DNA of 64,000 nt. Source: Tubulanus polymorphus. Its lineage: Eukaryota; Animalia; Nemertea. The translations under genes and the position numbers were made by a program. The notes beneath the pieces were generated by a model. It did no database searches and was not told the origin of the DNA. It saw only the letters and a program-made list of their open reading frames with translations. Numbering within the stretch: position 1 is the first letter of the stretch; each line of letters begins with the position of its first letter. The stretch spans positions 6,138,001-6,202,000 of the forward strand of contig NC_134028.1 in NCBI RefSeq assembly GCF_964204645.1, in the 5' to 3' direction. Positions 38,426-50,982 of the stretch are shown in pieces.

Positions 38426-39664
38426 TTTTAGAGACAACTCACGCATCCGCTTCCGCCGGGTATTAACCCCTTTATCAATCCAATATTCATTTATTGAAAC
38501 TCAAATAAGACTTTCCAAAAATGTTTTTCTAAACTTGTGCTCCTCCCTAATAAATAAGATCCTTTCGAAAATCATTCATTCGCCCAGGCTAATTCATTAT
38601 ATCCTAAATTGAGGCTAGGCCCAACTAGGTTTGTTTCGGAGCCACCCTCCTCATTCTCATTCTCAAGGTCGCTGACCGAAATTATAAAATCCCTTTTCAA
38701 AAACAATTTATTGCCAAATTTACGCCCCAATCTGATTTATCAATGCTGTCCAAATTATGGTCAAATGGTAATTCAAATGCTTTGATATCATAATGAGCTT
38801 TGAAAAGTAACTGACATTCCTCTGGAGTCGAAATCAAACTGTTTAAAGTTATGTGTATGATGAATCATGATGATGCCTGGAAACCTTCACCCTTGGCCTT
38901 GTAACAACTGGGTTTTTACTGTTCTGGGAATTCCATTCTCGTAGGCATAGGTTTAGTGTGGATACTTGTTCTTAAATATTAGTATATAGGATTTCTATTA
39001 TTATCTAGCATTTATTATTGTAGGCCTACCCAAGTTAAGATAGATAAACTAGATGAGCAAGATCTCTAAATGTTATCCAATTGATCAGTACCAGTATTTT
39101 TAGTGCCAGTGGGCCTATGGATCTTTGAATATAGTTATGTTCTCGCGCAATCTAAGCTCAAAAATGAATTTTGTGAGCTTGGACTCTCTTCTATGACGAG
39201 GCTTTCCTGCCCATTAATAGACATGAAATTTGACCTATATAGACCTGCTATGCATTATTCAGGCCTAAACAAGCATACTAGCTTACATGACATACTCTGG
39301 AATGAACTTATGTTGGTCATGGAGACCAAAATAAACCGCATACAAAAGTGATTACGTTTCAAAATAGCAGAATGATTTTTAATTCATTTGAACTAATTTT
39401 TTAATCGCTATTTTTTCTATTGTAGATATGAGAAGTGCTTATGATTGGTCACATTTCTTATCACAATGGCTTATTGCTGGACCTTGTTCTTCACTGCTGC
39501 TGATAAGATGATAGAATATCATTATAAGAAGTGTTGGTAAGAGACGTGTACTGTTGTAGCAGTGTGTGATAAGTGTCAGTCGTGCGTCAAAGCCTTGTGT
39601 AAAATTTCGCAATTTAATTGTAAAATCAGGAGTTCACGTGTCGACCAACATAAACTGGGACAAG

Positions 39665-42420
39665 ATGAAAAATCTATGTTTTTATGGCGGTGTATTTTTG
39701 CTCGCTTTATATTGTGCCGTCGAAACTGTACCATTGTATTTGTATCCAAATTCCGTGCGCCATTTTAGAAATTTCGGCTTGGACCCGGAAGCCAACATGA
39801 ATGCAGTAAGTAGATTTAGGCAATACCAGTAAATGTTTGAGTGTGAGTCTGCTACAATAGAGTAAATATATTATGCATGATATACAAGGACCAGTTTGCT
39901 AGAGTACTGAAATCTGGTTTGCCAGTTTATGGGTCGGAACCCTTTACACTACCATAGTGTACCTTGAGCAAGAAAATTATCCTCATTGTCTCTCCACCTT
40001 AGGTACTAACTCAGTGCTAACTACCATAGCTCAGATGTTACTTCTTCTCAGAGTGAAATAAGAGAGATACAAATTGATAAACATAACAAAGATCACATAG
40101 TTTAGGGGTAATGATAGCAAAGTCTGAGCACATTGATCGAAGTGTACCACAAAGAATGACTTAGAAGAATATACTGGTATGTCAGTTACGTGGTATATGT
40201 CATTGACCTTCTGAGGATATTTCAACTTTGAGCACTTTTTGCGCTGAAATAGTGTTTAAGTCATAATGTGTATGCTGGAGAGTAAAGCCAGGAAACGTAG
40301 ACATTCAGTTATATACATTGTCTTTATAGTCTCAGTTGATAACTAGTAAAGGCTATCCATGCGAGGAATATGATGTTATAACGGAAGACGGTTACATTCT
40401 GACCATTCAAAGAATTCCGTATGGTCGAGGACAGAAACCAGGTCAGTAGAATGTTTGATAATCAAAACTTAATCGTTTGAGGCTAGAACCTGGTCCGATA
40501 TGAATGGTATATAGGTTGCGCTATCACTCCTCGATTCCATAGAAATTCCTTCTAAATAGAAAATGCTTTTAAAGGTGCTTGAAACTCCTTTTATTTGAAC
40601 AAAATGCCCAAAACTCCTCTCAAACTTTTGAGAAATAGGCATTTAGGAATTTTGAAATTAGGATATGAAAGTTGTGAACACTTCCTCAAAATATGAAATT
40701 TTCCTTTTAAAACACCTTGAAAACTCCTTATAGGCCTATCCAGGAATGACTGATCTGTAAACTGACCCCTGATCTGTAAACTGACCCTGATATAGCTTAT
40801 GTAGCTATGTAGAATTTTAATTTTTCTCTAGGTCCAAGAGAAGTTGTATTCTTGCAGCATGGTTTATTGGGTACGTCAACAAACTTCCTGACGAATCTAG
40901 TCAATGAGAGTTTCGCGTATATTCTGGCTGATCAAGGATTTGACGTTTGGCTCGGTAACGTACGTGGATGTACGTACGGCAGACGCCATGTGAAATTAAA
41001 CGTAAAAGATGTCGAATTCTGGGATTTTTCGTAAGTTTGTCTGAATAAATGAGTAAATATTAAAGTAAAGCCTCAGAATTACTATACCAAAAATCTGACA
41101 CTTGATAGTTCAGGACTTAGGCCTCTTTACATTTTTCTATCTTAGTTGGGATGAAATGGCGCTAAAAGACTTGCCAGCGATGATCTCACAAGCTCTAAAA
41201 ATCAGCAATGTTAAACAATTAAATTACGTCGGATTCTCGCAAGGAACTATGATTGGTTACGCCGGATTCAGCAGAAATCAGACGCTCGGCAAACAGATAA
41301 AGAGTTTCATGGCCTTGGGGCCAGTGTCGACTTTGAAATACATCGGTAGTCCACTAAAATATTTTGCCCCAATTGTGAAAGAACGGACGGTGAGTTTACT
41401 AAACCTAAGCTGTTATTACCGGGTAGCTATAGATTATTGTTTGATTAAATTGTGTTGTATTAATTTTCAGTTAGTCGATTGGTTGATTGATCTAGGTGAA
41501 TTCCTGCCAAGTGATGGTGTCATGAAATGGATTGGTAAACACGCTTGTTTATCAGAACTTTCATATGTGTGCGCCGATTTCCTCTTTCTCATTGCTGGAC
41601 AAGACGCCAAACAACTTAATAAGGTAACTTCAAACGAACTTCATGCTTTTTTCCTGAAATTTAATACGGTATTGGTATATGCGTATACCAATAAGGTTGT
41701 TAAACTTTAAACTAGGATATGAATATGATATCATAACTTTTTTGTCAATGGTTACAGACCCGTTTGCCTGTTTATTTGACTCACACTCCTGGTGGAACCT
41801 CGTGGAAGAATATCATTCACTATGGGCAGGTATATTACCATACCTTCACTGAGTCACTGTCATCATCAGTGGATTTTCAAAATAGATTAACTTTGTTCCT
41901 CATTTTTCGTAGGCCGTTTTAAATGGAAAATTCCAGATGTTCGATTATGGAAGTGCGGAAAAAAATATCGCCAAATATGGAACGGTAAATAGTGTTTTAG
42001 ATAAAACTATTCAAACTCATTTAATGTTTGAAAATGGTAATTGATTTTTTATATCTAATATTTCATACTCTGACTCAATTGTTCCATAACATCTGTCAAC
42101 GTCTCCTTGAAATTCATAGGAAATTCATGAAATAGAAGCTTCTAATTTTCAAATTTGATTACTATACATAATCTTTGTGTCATTTTCAGAATACTCCACC
42201 GGTTTACAACCCAGCTGACATGAACGTGCCCGCCGGATTATTCTGGGGTGGCCGAGATCTGCTCGCCGATCCCGGGGACGTCAACGTTTTACTTCCGCAG
42301 TTGAAGAAGGTGATCGCGAATGTACCCGTACCGTCGTTTGAACATTTGGATTTCATTTGGGCGGTGAATGCCACCGGTTTCGTTTACATGAAAATCATTG
42401 ATTTCTATAAGCTAATGTGA
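39665..42420 (+). CDS. Acid lipase (LIPA/LIPF family), tandem copy 1, ~407 aa, 8 exons
   Basis: Exons: 39665-39805, 40330-40441, 40832-41030, 41146-41389, 41471-41623, 41758-41829, 41913-41984, 42190-42420 (1224 nt). It has a signal peptide and the motifs [52 protein letters not shown], nucleophile GFSQG, catalytic DLLAD and HLDFIW. Confidence 0.93.
39920..40005 (+). mobile_element. CORE-SINE remnant
   Basis: gtgtaccttgagcaagaaaattatcctcattgtctctccaccttaggta resembles the CORE-SINE consensus, preceded by a degenerate B-box (gggtcggaaccc). Confidence 0.5.
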
Positions 42421-44077
42421 TCATATGATCTTCGATAAAAATCTCTCTTCACAAGTATTTAAGATCATTGCAGATATTCACCAAAAAAAACAAGTAAAAC
42501 TGATATCAAGTTCATTTGCAATTACGTGACCATAGTGTCAAATTTTTTCACTCAACCGTGGAATTTTTAATGTCAAATCCTGTACTTCTGAAAAATCCGG
42601 TCCTAAGCATTACGAAAAATTATTTACACACAAGATTTCATGGGTATCGAAAGAATCTAGAAATCGTAAGAAAAGTTAAATGTGCTATTTTTTATGAAAT
42701 GATTAATGAGATGAGCAATGCTATGTACATCTAGTTTTTATTATTTACTGTTTACGATAAGTCTTGAATCACTGGAGCCAGTTCCATATTTGTTGGTTAA
42801 AAGATTGAATGAATTCAAACTCCACAGCGATTTTACCTCATGACTGTGGAACTGGCTCCTACATTTAACCAGTATTCTATTTTTTACATGAAATAAAGTA
42901 TATGTATTTTATCACGGCATCTTCTGATAATTTTATGAAAATTCTATTCCATGTTGGTGCTATGTTATATCATGATATGGTATATATATATATATATAGT
43001 TTATGAAACATTCATACAATGTATTTTCTATGTGTAGCTAAATGATTATGGTTCTGAGTTTTAATGAAAAAGTATTTAAAGCACATCAATGAACGAAATG
43101 AGGATTATGCATTTTCATGTACGCTATGTTACAATTTTATGAATAATGGATGCACCTTATGTACTGTATGTTATGTTGTCATTGTTTGAAAAAATGTATG
43201 CTTGGGATAACACTACCATTGGACTGTAGGATGGATGTATATCGTTGCTACTTCAGTAACTCAAGGGTCAAATTTAACTCAGAACTGTGGAACCGGGCTC
43301 TGCTGATTGCATATTCTTGAAATTCATTCAAGTGGTCAAATATGTTTGATTAAAAGATGGTTAATAAACGTCAGATAAGTTCATTTGTAACGTGTAGCAC
43401 GCTTGTTTTATTTGATTGATAGGATCTCAAGTGCTCGACTGCAGGAATAAGAGAAAGGCATACATTTCTAAATAACCAAACCTGAGTCATGTTTAATTTA
43501 GAAAGACAATACAAAGGTACCTGGTGTTGCTTAATTTATTTGCGAATTGCTGTATTGCGTCAATATTGACAAAGTTAATCACTATCAAGACTTGATAACC
43601 TGTTACAGTTTTACTGATAACATATTTCAAAAAGCTGTTATTGTTCCGCTTTTTACTTGTATTAAATCTTCAAGTTTCTTCTGCTTCTTTATTGTATAGA
43701 ATATAGCAGAGTCTCCTATAGTCTATGATTATTGGAACCAAATGAATACTGTTATGAATCATGGAATTAGGATAACTACGCTTAGAATGGTTTGTATATA
43801 AACTAAAGCACATGTTCCTGCTTGATATTACTGTATTTACAGTGAACTCAACAAAAAGGACTCATTGTTGATAAACTGTATGCAGGTCATATGTGGGGCA
43901 TTTATGCAATTACTAATGAAGATTTATATATGAAATCTAATGACGTTTTTGTCCGCTGACATTCAATAGGTCACATGACTAACTTTATCATATCATCGAG
44001 AGAGACAGATAACATTTGTTTTGTAGTTCATTTGTGTCAAGCTTCTAGTCACTAGCTGAGCATTTCTATGCCTTAGA

Positions 44078-47025
44078 ATGCAGATTTTTCATGTTATAAC
44101 AAGCTTGCTTATTTGTATTTCAAATTCAGCAGGAAGGTCGTACGTTGAAACTGGCACTACCTTGAAAATATGGGAATCGTTGCGAGAATATTCAGAAATA
44201 CTGACAAAGTCTGGTTTAACAATGACTCAACAGACTGCCGATGACTTTGTCAGACTGATGAGAAAATTTCATCGAATTCAAGAAAGTCTTGCAGCTGATG
44301 GACTAATGAATGGGATATTGAGTGGAAAATATGATCCGGATGTGTTCAGAAATGCTGTAAGTCTCTATCAACTTTAAACTCCTTCCTTGTTTATTTTTCT
44401 GTCTTGAAGAAACAGACCAAATGTCATCGGAATACTTACTCATTGGTTTGTTCATTAAAGATGTTTGAATATTGGACATAATTCTTTATTTTGATATTCC
44501 TTTAGAGTCAGCTTATCACAAGTAAAGGATACGTGTGTGAAGAGCATACAGTTGTAACCGAGGATGGTTATATTTTAGGATTGCAGAGAATTCCTCATGG
44601 ACGCCGCTCTCACAACAGATCAGGTAAAATCTTGGTGGGAAAATTTGATATCATTCATTTATCCTCATCAATATGGTTGGGAGTTTAACTTTTTATTTTG
44701 AACACTTCTGTGGAGTGAGGTATTTACCATGTAGTTAAAACGTGTACATATGTATTGTATTTTGTTATAAGAAATTGAAGGTCACTATGATGAAATATAG
44801 ATAAGTGAAAATATTTATTCAAAAGGCTAATAATAACCCTTAAATGAACTACCGGGTACTTATTTCAAATTTTGTCCAAAGAGAGTACCAGTGCTGAAAG
44901 TTAGAAATGGTGGGGAAGTTGCCATTAGCTCCTATTCATATGTTTGAAAGCGAAATCGAACTGTCTCGGGACAAGATGATTTTGTGAAACTGATTCAATT
45001 TTTGATTTATTTTCTGACAGGTCCTCGTCGAGTAGCTTTTCTACAGCATGGTTTACTGGCCAGCGCTACCAATTTTCTGGCAAACTCGGCGAATGACAGT
45101 CTAGGGTTCATGTTAGCGGACAATGGTTTCGACGTGTGGCTGGGAAATGTACGAGGCAATACTTATTCGAGGAAGCACAAATATCTCAATCCTGATAAGG
45201 ATCACGCGTTCTGGAATTTCACGTGAGTTTTTCATGATTATCACATTTCAAAAATATGATTTCAACCCAAACCAATTTTGTATTGATATATGCTCAAATT
45301 TTCCGTTACTATAAGTAAGATGACCGCTGAAGGTTTTTTCAAGAAAAAACCGGTGAAAATCAGAATTTTAAGGTTGCTTGGGACTTCAGATTATTCTCTG
45401 CTTTGTTTATCAAGGGCATTGAGTTTGTCGGGTTGTCTAGCATCACCAAGTGGGCATGATGTCCCTGGACCCCTAGTTAATCTTTGCATTTTTCAGCTGG
45501 GACGATATGGCCTCCAAGGATTTACCGGCAATGCTGGACTACGTGCTGAAAGTAACCAATCAGACACAGCTAGTATACATCGGTCACTCACAAGGTACAA
45601 TGATGGGATTTGCGGAGTTCAATCGGAACAAGGAACTCGCAGAGAAAGTGCATACTTTTGTCGCTCTAGCTCCTGTAGCCAACATCAGCAATATGATCAG
45701 CCCGATCAAAGATATTCTACCATTCGCTCATGAATTAAAGGTATTTCTACTTCGAAGATTGTGATAGTACATGTATAGTTCATTCCGTTTTATATTGAAA
45801 TGATGGGAAAATGTGATTTTTTAAAATAATTGCAGGTGATTTATGAATTGTTTGGCACTGGCGAATTTTTTTCCAGTTCAAAACTGATAAAATGGTTTGT
45901 CAGAACAGCATGTAGAGAACCTTGGGTGGAACTCTGCGAAGATTTCATATTTCTGTTGGCCGGATTTGATTTTTCTCGCCTGAACACGGTATGTAATTCA
46001 ATTTTCTATTACTGCATCAAGTCCAAAGTAACATCTAGATGCAAGTAACCTGAATGAACTAAGTAGATAACACAGAAAGCCTACATTGTTATCCATAAAG
46101 GATGTCCCATTGATCACACCTGCCCTTGAAGAAATTTGTCCACTTCCTTACTACCCCCTCCCATTGTCCACAGTAGTCCAAAGTTCATAAACCCCTCGAC
46201 CTTGGACGTTTTTTTCTTGGACGTTTTTTTCATTTTCCCTTAAACTATCAAATTAGAAAATAAACATAGAAATAGTCACACAGTATTTGAATGAATCTTT
46301 CAGACAAGGATTCCAGTGTATCTGTCTCATACTCCAGCTGGAACATCAGTAAAGAATATGGTTCACTATGCACAGGTAAAGATGGGGTCCTTTAGTTAAA
46401 ATTTGACCGTGGATCCTGAATATGTTATATCTACGTAATTTTAACTCAATTGTCAACTCTTCAATTCACAACTGGGAGACTCCTGGGTCCAGATGTTCCA
46501 CATTATAAGCCTTTTTATTCGCATTATGAATCAGATACGGTTTCTTTTCTAAAGGCAGTGAAATTAAGACAATTTCAAATGTATGATTACGGAATGGAAG
46601 GAAATATGAAGATTTATCATCAGGTAAACTGCTGAAAATAAAGGGAGTTTAGAGATACAGGATTTGCAGACTAGCAAAACTTTTCTGGTGCATCTGGGCA
46701 CACTGCGATCATAACATGACACCATTATTTGCATATGATTCACAGACAATGTAATTCGATATGAATTGTATATTTCAATTTTCAGATCACTCCTCCAATT
46801 TACAACGTTTCTACGATGAAAACTCCAGTTGTTTTATACTCGGGAGGAAAGGACTGGTTGGCAGATCCGACAGATGTAAAGCGTTTGATTCCACAACTCA
46901 AAAATGTCGTTCGCAATCGTTTTATTCCGTCGTACAACCATCTCGATTTCATTTGGGCAATTGACGCTAATAGGATGGTCTATGATGATTTGATAAATTT
47001 TCTCAAAAGGTCTTTGCTACACTAA
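44078..47025 (+). CDS. Acid lipase (LIPA/LIPF family), tandem copy 2, ~458 aa, 8 exons
   Basis: Exons: 44078-44356, 44506-44623, 45021-45222, 45497-45740, 45836-45988, 46304-46375, 46555-46623 (AAG acceptor), 46786-47025 (1377 nt). Motifs: [28 protein letters not shown]. Intron positions and phases match copy 1. AATAAA at 47196-47201. Confidence 0.93.
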
Positions 47026-47561
47026 GACTTGTCAAATCCTGAATTGAATCTAATCTAGAGTGAGAATGGGATTTTCAATCCCAAATCTCGATTAAGTGGC
47101 TTTAACTGGAATTTAGGTTTTACTTCAATACCATTGATTCGTCAGTATTTTACTTATGTCCATTGAGAACTCGGTTAATGTAACTACCGGTGATGAATAA
47201 ATAGAAATATGTTCATAATTCAGTTAATTTTTTACTGATTCTCTTCACAATCCACTAAATTAGACAGATAACATTATCAATGCAGAAAATACACTAGGTC
47301 ATAGCTTAACGGTATGTACTTTCAAGTGAATAAATTGCATCCAACCTAAACCCATATATTCTTGTTGCCTCCATGTCTACAGGATCAGGTGTGACTTTTT
47401 TTTTTTGCTTTGAACTGCCCTACCCCACGTGAAGCTCCATGGTCAGTTTAATATTTGGTCCATCTAACCAAAAACCCATTTCAACTATTATCTGTAATTC
47501 GACAGTCTCAGCAATTCTTAGGTCATCCGAATTAAGTGAGTTCTTCTGCAAAGTTAATTTT

Positions 47562-47714
47562 GGGGTCATTCATTTATTACGTACGCATGATTAGGGGAGA
47601 GGTCAGTGCAATTGCGTACTGTAATACTTAATGTATATGAAAAAAAAGCCGTTTTGCGTAGAGGGGTGTTGAAAAATTCAAATTTTATGCGCACGTAATA
47701 AATGAATGATCCCC
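47562..47714. mobile_element. Harbinger-like MITE
   Basis: TIR ggggtcattcatttattacgtacgcat ... atgcgcacgtaataaatgaatgatcccc. Confidence 0.75.
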
Positions 47715-49161
47715 TTGATCAAGTATTTTAGAGGATAGATGTACCCTGGAGTAATCATTTGAATAATTACTCCAAGGATGTACTAAGTCCAAAGCAGTAT
47801 TCGTACTTCACTGTATATTGGTTGTCTGCACCACAATGGAAGGTGTATCGGATATATTGCCAGTCCAGTCTCCTAACAAGGTAGCTTCGCTGTGAAGTGC
47901 TTTTGTGCCGACTCGAATGAGAGCCAAATGGGTTTTAACACCTGCAACAGCTGTGCAAAAACGTGGATGTCAACTGCTAATTGAACAATACAGCGTACAA
48001 GCCACAATTTCCAGTTTCAGGGCAAAATCATGAAAAAATACTTCCAATAAACAATTACCTAACCAGAACAGCATGATTTCATGTATAAAAAGTTTCATTT
48101 TTATTATTACTAATATTTATTCAAAACGATTTGCGGCATTTCTTTTTTTATTAAAATTGCTTTCATGTTTTTTGGTGTTATTAGTATGAAGAAGTTGAAC
48201 GTTTTACTCTGAACATTGCACAGTTTTCACAGGTTTTTTTTTTAATAGAAAACTCACGACAACCTCTCGTGACAACTAACAAACATTTGATCAAATCTAA
48301 AAACTTCCAGATCGTCGCACCAAGCCCTATTACACTTTTCATACTTTTGCGGTTTTCTTAATTTGCATCTCCGATGAAATGATACTATTTACAAGATAAA
48401 ATGACAAAAATGTACACGTACATGATATTAGGCTGCATCTATGGGCAGAACGCTCGAATGTCTTCAATTCAATTTTATACCACGCCCAGACAGCGGGACT
48501 CGGCTCCGCAGTAGCCGAGATCGAGTCGAAGACTCAACCTTCGAACAACTGCGGAATCAAACCCCTGAGCCTACCCATCGTACTACGAACACGAAATGAA
48601 CTAATATCTAAAACACAATTTCGAATATTCCAAAAACCAAATATCTTAAAACGATCATTTCGTACGAAACTTTTAGAAAGCGACGCAATTCGAAAAAAAA
48701 TCTGTTCAGTGGTTTTTACATTTAAAACGATGCATTTCACTCGGAAGAAAATTACGAGAACGCTAAAAGCTAAATTCGGAGTGCTAGGCACACACAGAGC
48801 CAAATAACCGTTTCGGTACAATTTTACGGCGTGAGAGTCAGATACCAACTAGGAAAAAAAATACCATCATTATCATAATATTATTATCAATATTTAAATA
48901 TATATATCTTATAAAAAAATCGACGCAGAGTTAATCTCGCCAGACGTTCGAGTGTTGTAATGTAAATGCATGATGAATGAGAGAATTTTCAGCGGCGCCA
49001 TCTAATGGGATTAATCTTTGTTTTTACTTTTTTTCTTATCTTATCGATGAACGTTGTTGATGCGAGGACAGAATGAACGACGGTATTATAGAGAACTAGT
49101 CGATTCGCGTCTTCTAAAATAAAAACTTTCCTTTTCCCGTTCGAATATATATATAGTACAT

Positions 49162-50831
49162 CTAAGACGATCCTTTCTGTTGTCCTTTCTTGACGATGAG
49201 AGATTTGTGAATATGAGGAATGACACCACCGCCGGCTATGGTCGCTTTGATTAACGAATCCAACTCTTCATCTCCACGAATAGCTAATTGTAAATGACGC
49301 GGCGTGATACGCTTCACTTTCAGATCTTTACTCGCGTTTCCTGCCAATTCCAGAACCTGAAACCCAGTTAGAAAATAGTTAAATTAACAAGTCTATTCTA
49401 TACTTCTAAAGCAGATGAACATAGAATAACTAGGGGCGCCTCGAGTGATATATAGAAAAATTTATTAAAATTTATGTAATGTAATATTCTTCAGATTCAT
49501 CCCACAATACCTATTGGGAAGACTCTGGATTCGCGAGGGAATGATCTCCGATCAGACTCAGTATCCAACTGTAATCGAGGGGGTCTTACAGTGTTTTCAA
49601 TAAGAAATTAACAAGCCAGGTCCCTTTGAAAAACAGGAGGATCCCATAATATGTCACAGTCCCGGAAATGAAACCTGGTTTGAAAAAACAGGCGGGTCCT
49701 TTACAAACGACTGACGGGTTTGGGACCTGGTCTTTATTGAAAACACTGGTCTTACAGGATAATAGTGGACCACGGCTCAAAATGACTAACACCATCCTAA
49801 CTAAGTCCGATGTCATTATAATCGGTCCAAATGCAGACTTATGACTTATAGACCAAGAGGACTGGTACAGCTAAAGTAATGACTCGCCAGAAGAACAGCT
49901 ATCGCTACTTCTGAAATTGAAAAGGGGCTTTCTTGGTACTTACTTCAGCTGTGAGGTATTCGAGTATAGCTGCGCTGTAAACTGCTGCCGTCGCTCCGAC
50001 ACGTCCGTGACTAGTCGTCCGGTTCTTCAAATGCCGATGAATACGTCCAACTGGGAACTAAACATGAAATGAGAATATCGATAACAGAACCCCTTCAGAT
50101 CTTTTGATCTTAAATTTCCGGCTTGATCGCACGTTCGATTGAAGAATGGATGGGCTTCCTAACTAAACAAATACATAAGATTGGATGTTAATACCCTTCT
50201 CACTGGGACACTGTACCTTATGTTAAAGACAATTAATACACTCAGTCAGGCAATTCTGCTGCGATTGAAATTAACTTGGTCATGAAAATTCTCAAAATTC
50301 AAATTAATGCTGACCTCTGCACTTTAATAAAAAAGCTCACATAAAAATTAGTAGGCCTAAGTTACACTGACTGAAGGAATATAACCAAACAACTGATCGA
50401 ACTAAGCTTTGCAAAAGGGAATATTCAGTAGGCCTACAGTACATTGGATTAGCAGCAGCTGAACTTGAAAAAGGAAACGATCAACTTCAATCATTCGGTT
50501 CGGCAAAACATTCAGGAATCACATCCATTTACCTGTAATCCAGCTCTCGCAGATCGAGAAACTGCCTTAGCTTTTGCCTTTCCTGAATCTTTACCAGCTT
50601 TGCCTCCAGCCTGGAAAAAAATCGGCATTATAAGGAAAACTGTTCGTCCTGTCGTCGTAAACAAATCAAAATTTATTATCGTCGAACTAATGTCATTTCG
50701 AAGCCCAAATCGGACACCGATCACGATAATAAACACATCAGTGTACGCAAAAAATATTCACGCAAGCTCAGGTGCACAGTTTGGCGACAGATGCATACGA
50801 TAAACGGCTGATAATCGACGATTCTTACCAT
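49162..50831 (-). CDS. H2AZ: Histone H2A.Z (H2A.V), 129 aa, 4 exons
   Basis: Exons on -: 50831-50829 (ATG only), 50610-50533, 50057-49944, 49356-49162. Translation: [118 protein letters not shown]... Candidate poly(A) signals on - at ~48099-48121. Confidence 0.98.
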
Positions 50832-50897
50832 TTTCGAGCGTAATTTTAAATCCTTCCTACAAGACGCGTAAAGAACAACCGCCAAAACGTACGTTAC

Positions 50898-50982
50898 GTT
50901 TATTTATACTTCGACGCTACCACGTGACCTAATTCGACCAATGAAAACGGCGAGAATCAATTCGGTCGCCAGGTGGCAGACT
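50898..50982 (-). promoter_or_regulatory. H2A.Z promoter elements
   Basis: TATAAA on - (~50902-50907), E-box CACGTGAC (50921-50928), CCAAT (50938-50942) and a CTCF-like GGTCGCCAGGTGGCAG (50964-50979), all upstream of the ATG exon. Confidence 0.55.

Noticed and set aside
38426-38446. Upstream in-frame ATG (MRELSLK) for DNAJB12
   Set aside because: The family N-terminus begins at MDGNKD (38425), which has the better context (aaaATGG). The short extension is possible but unsupported.
49100-49161. Histone 3' stem-loop after the H2A gene
   Set aside because: No stem-loop consensus is present. The gene has introns and AATAAA signals, as expected for replication-independent H2A.Z.
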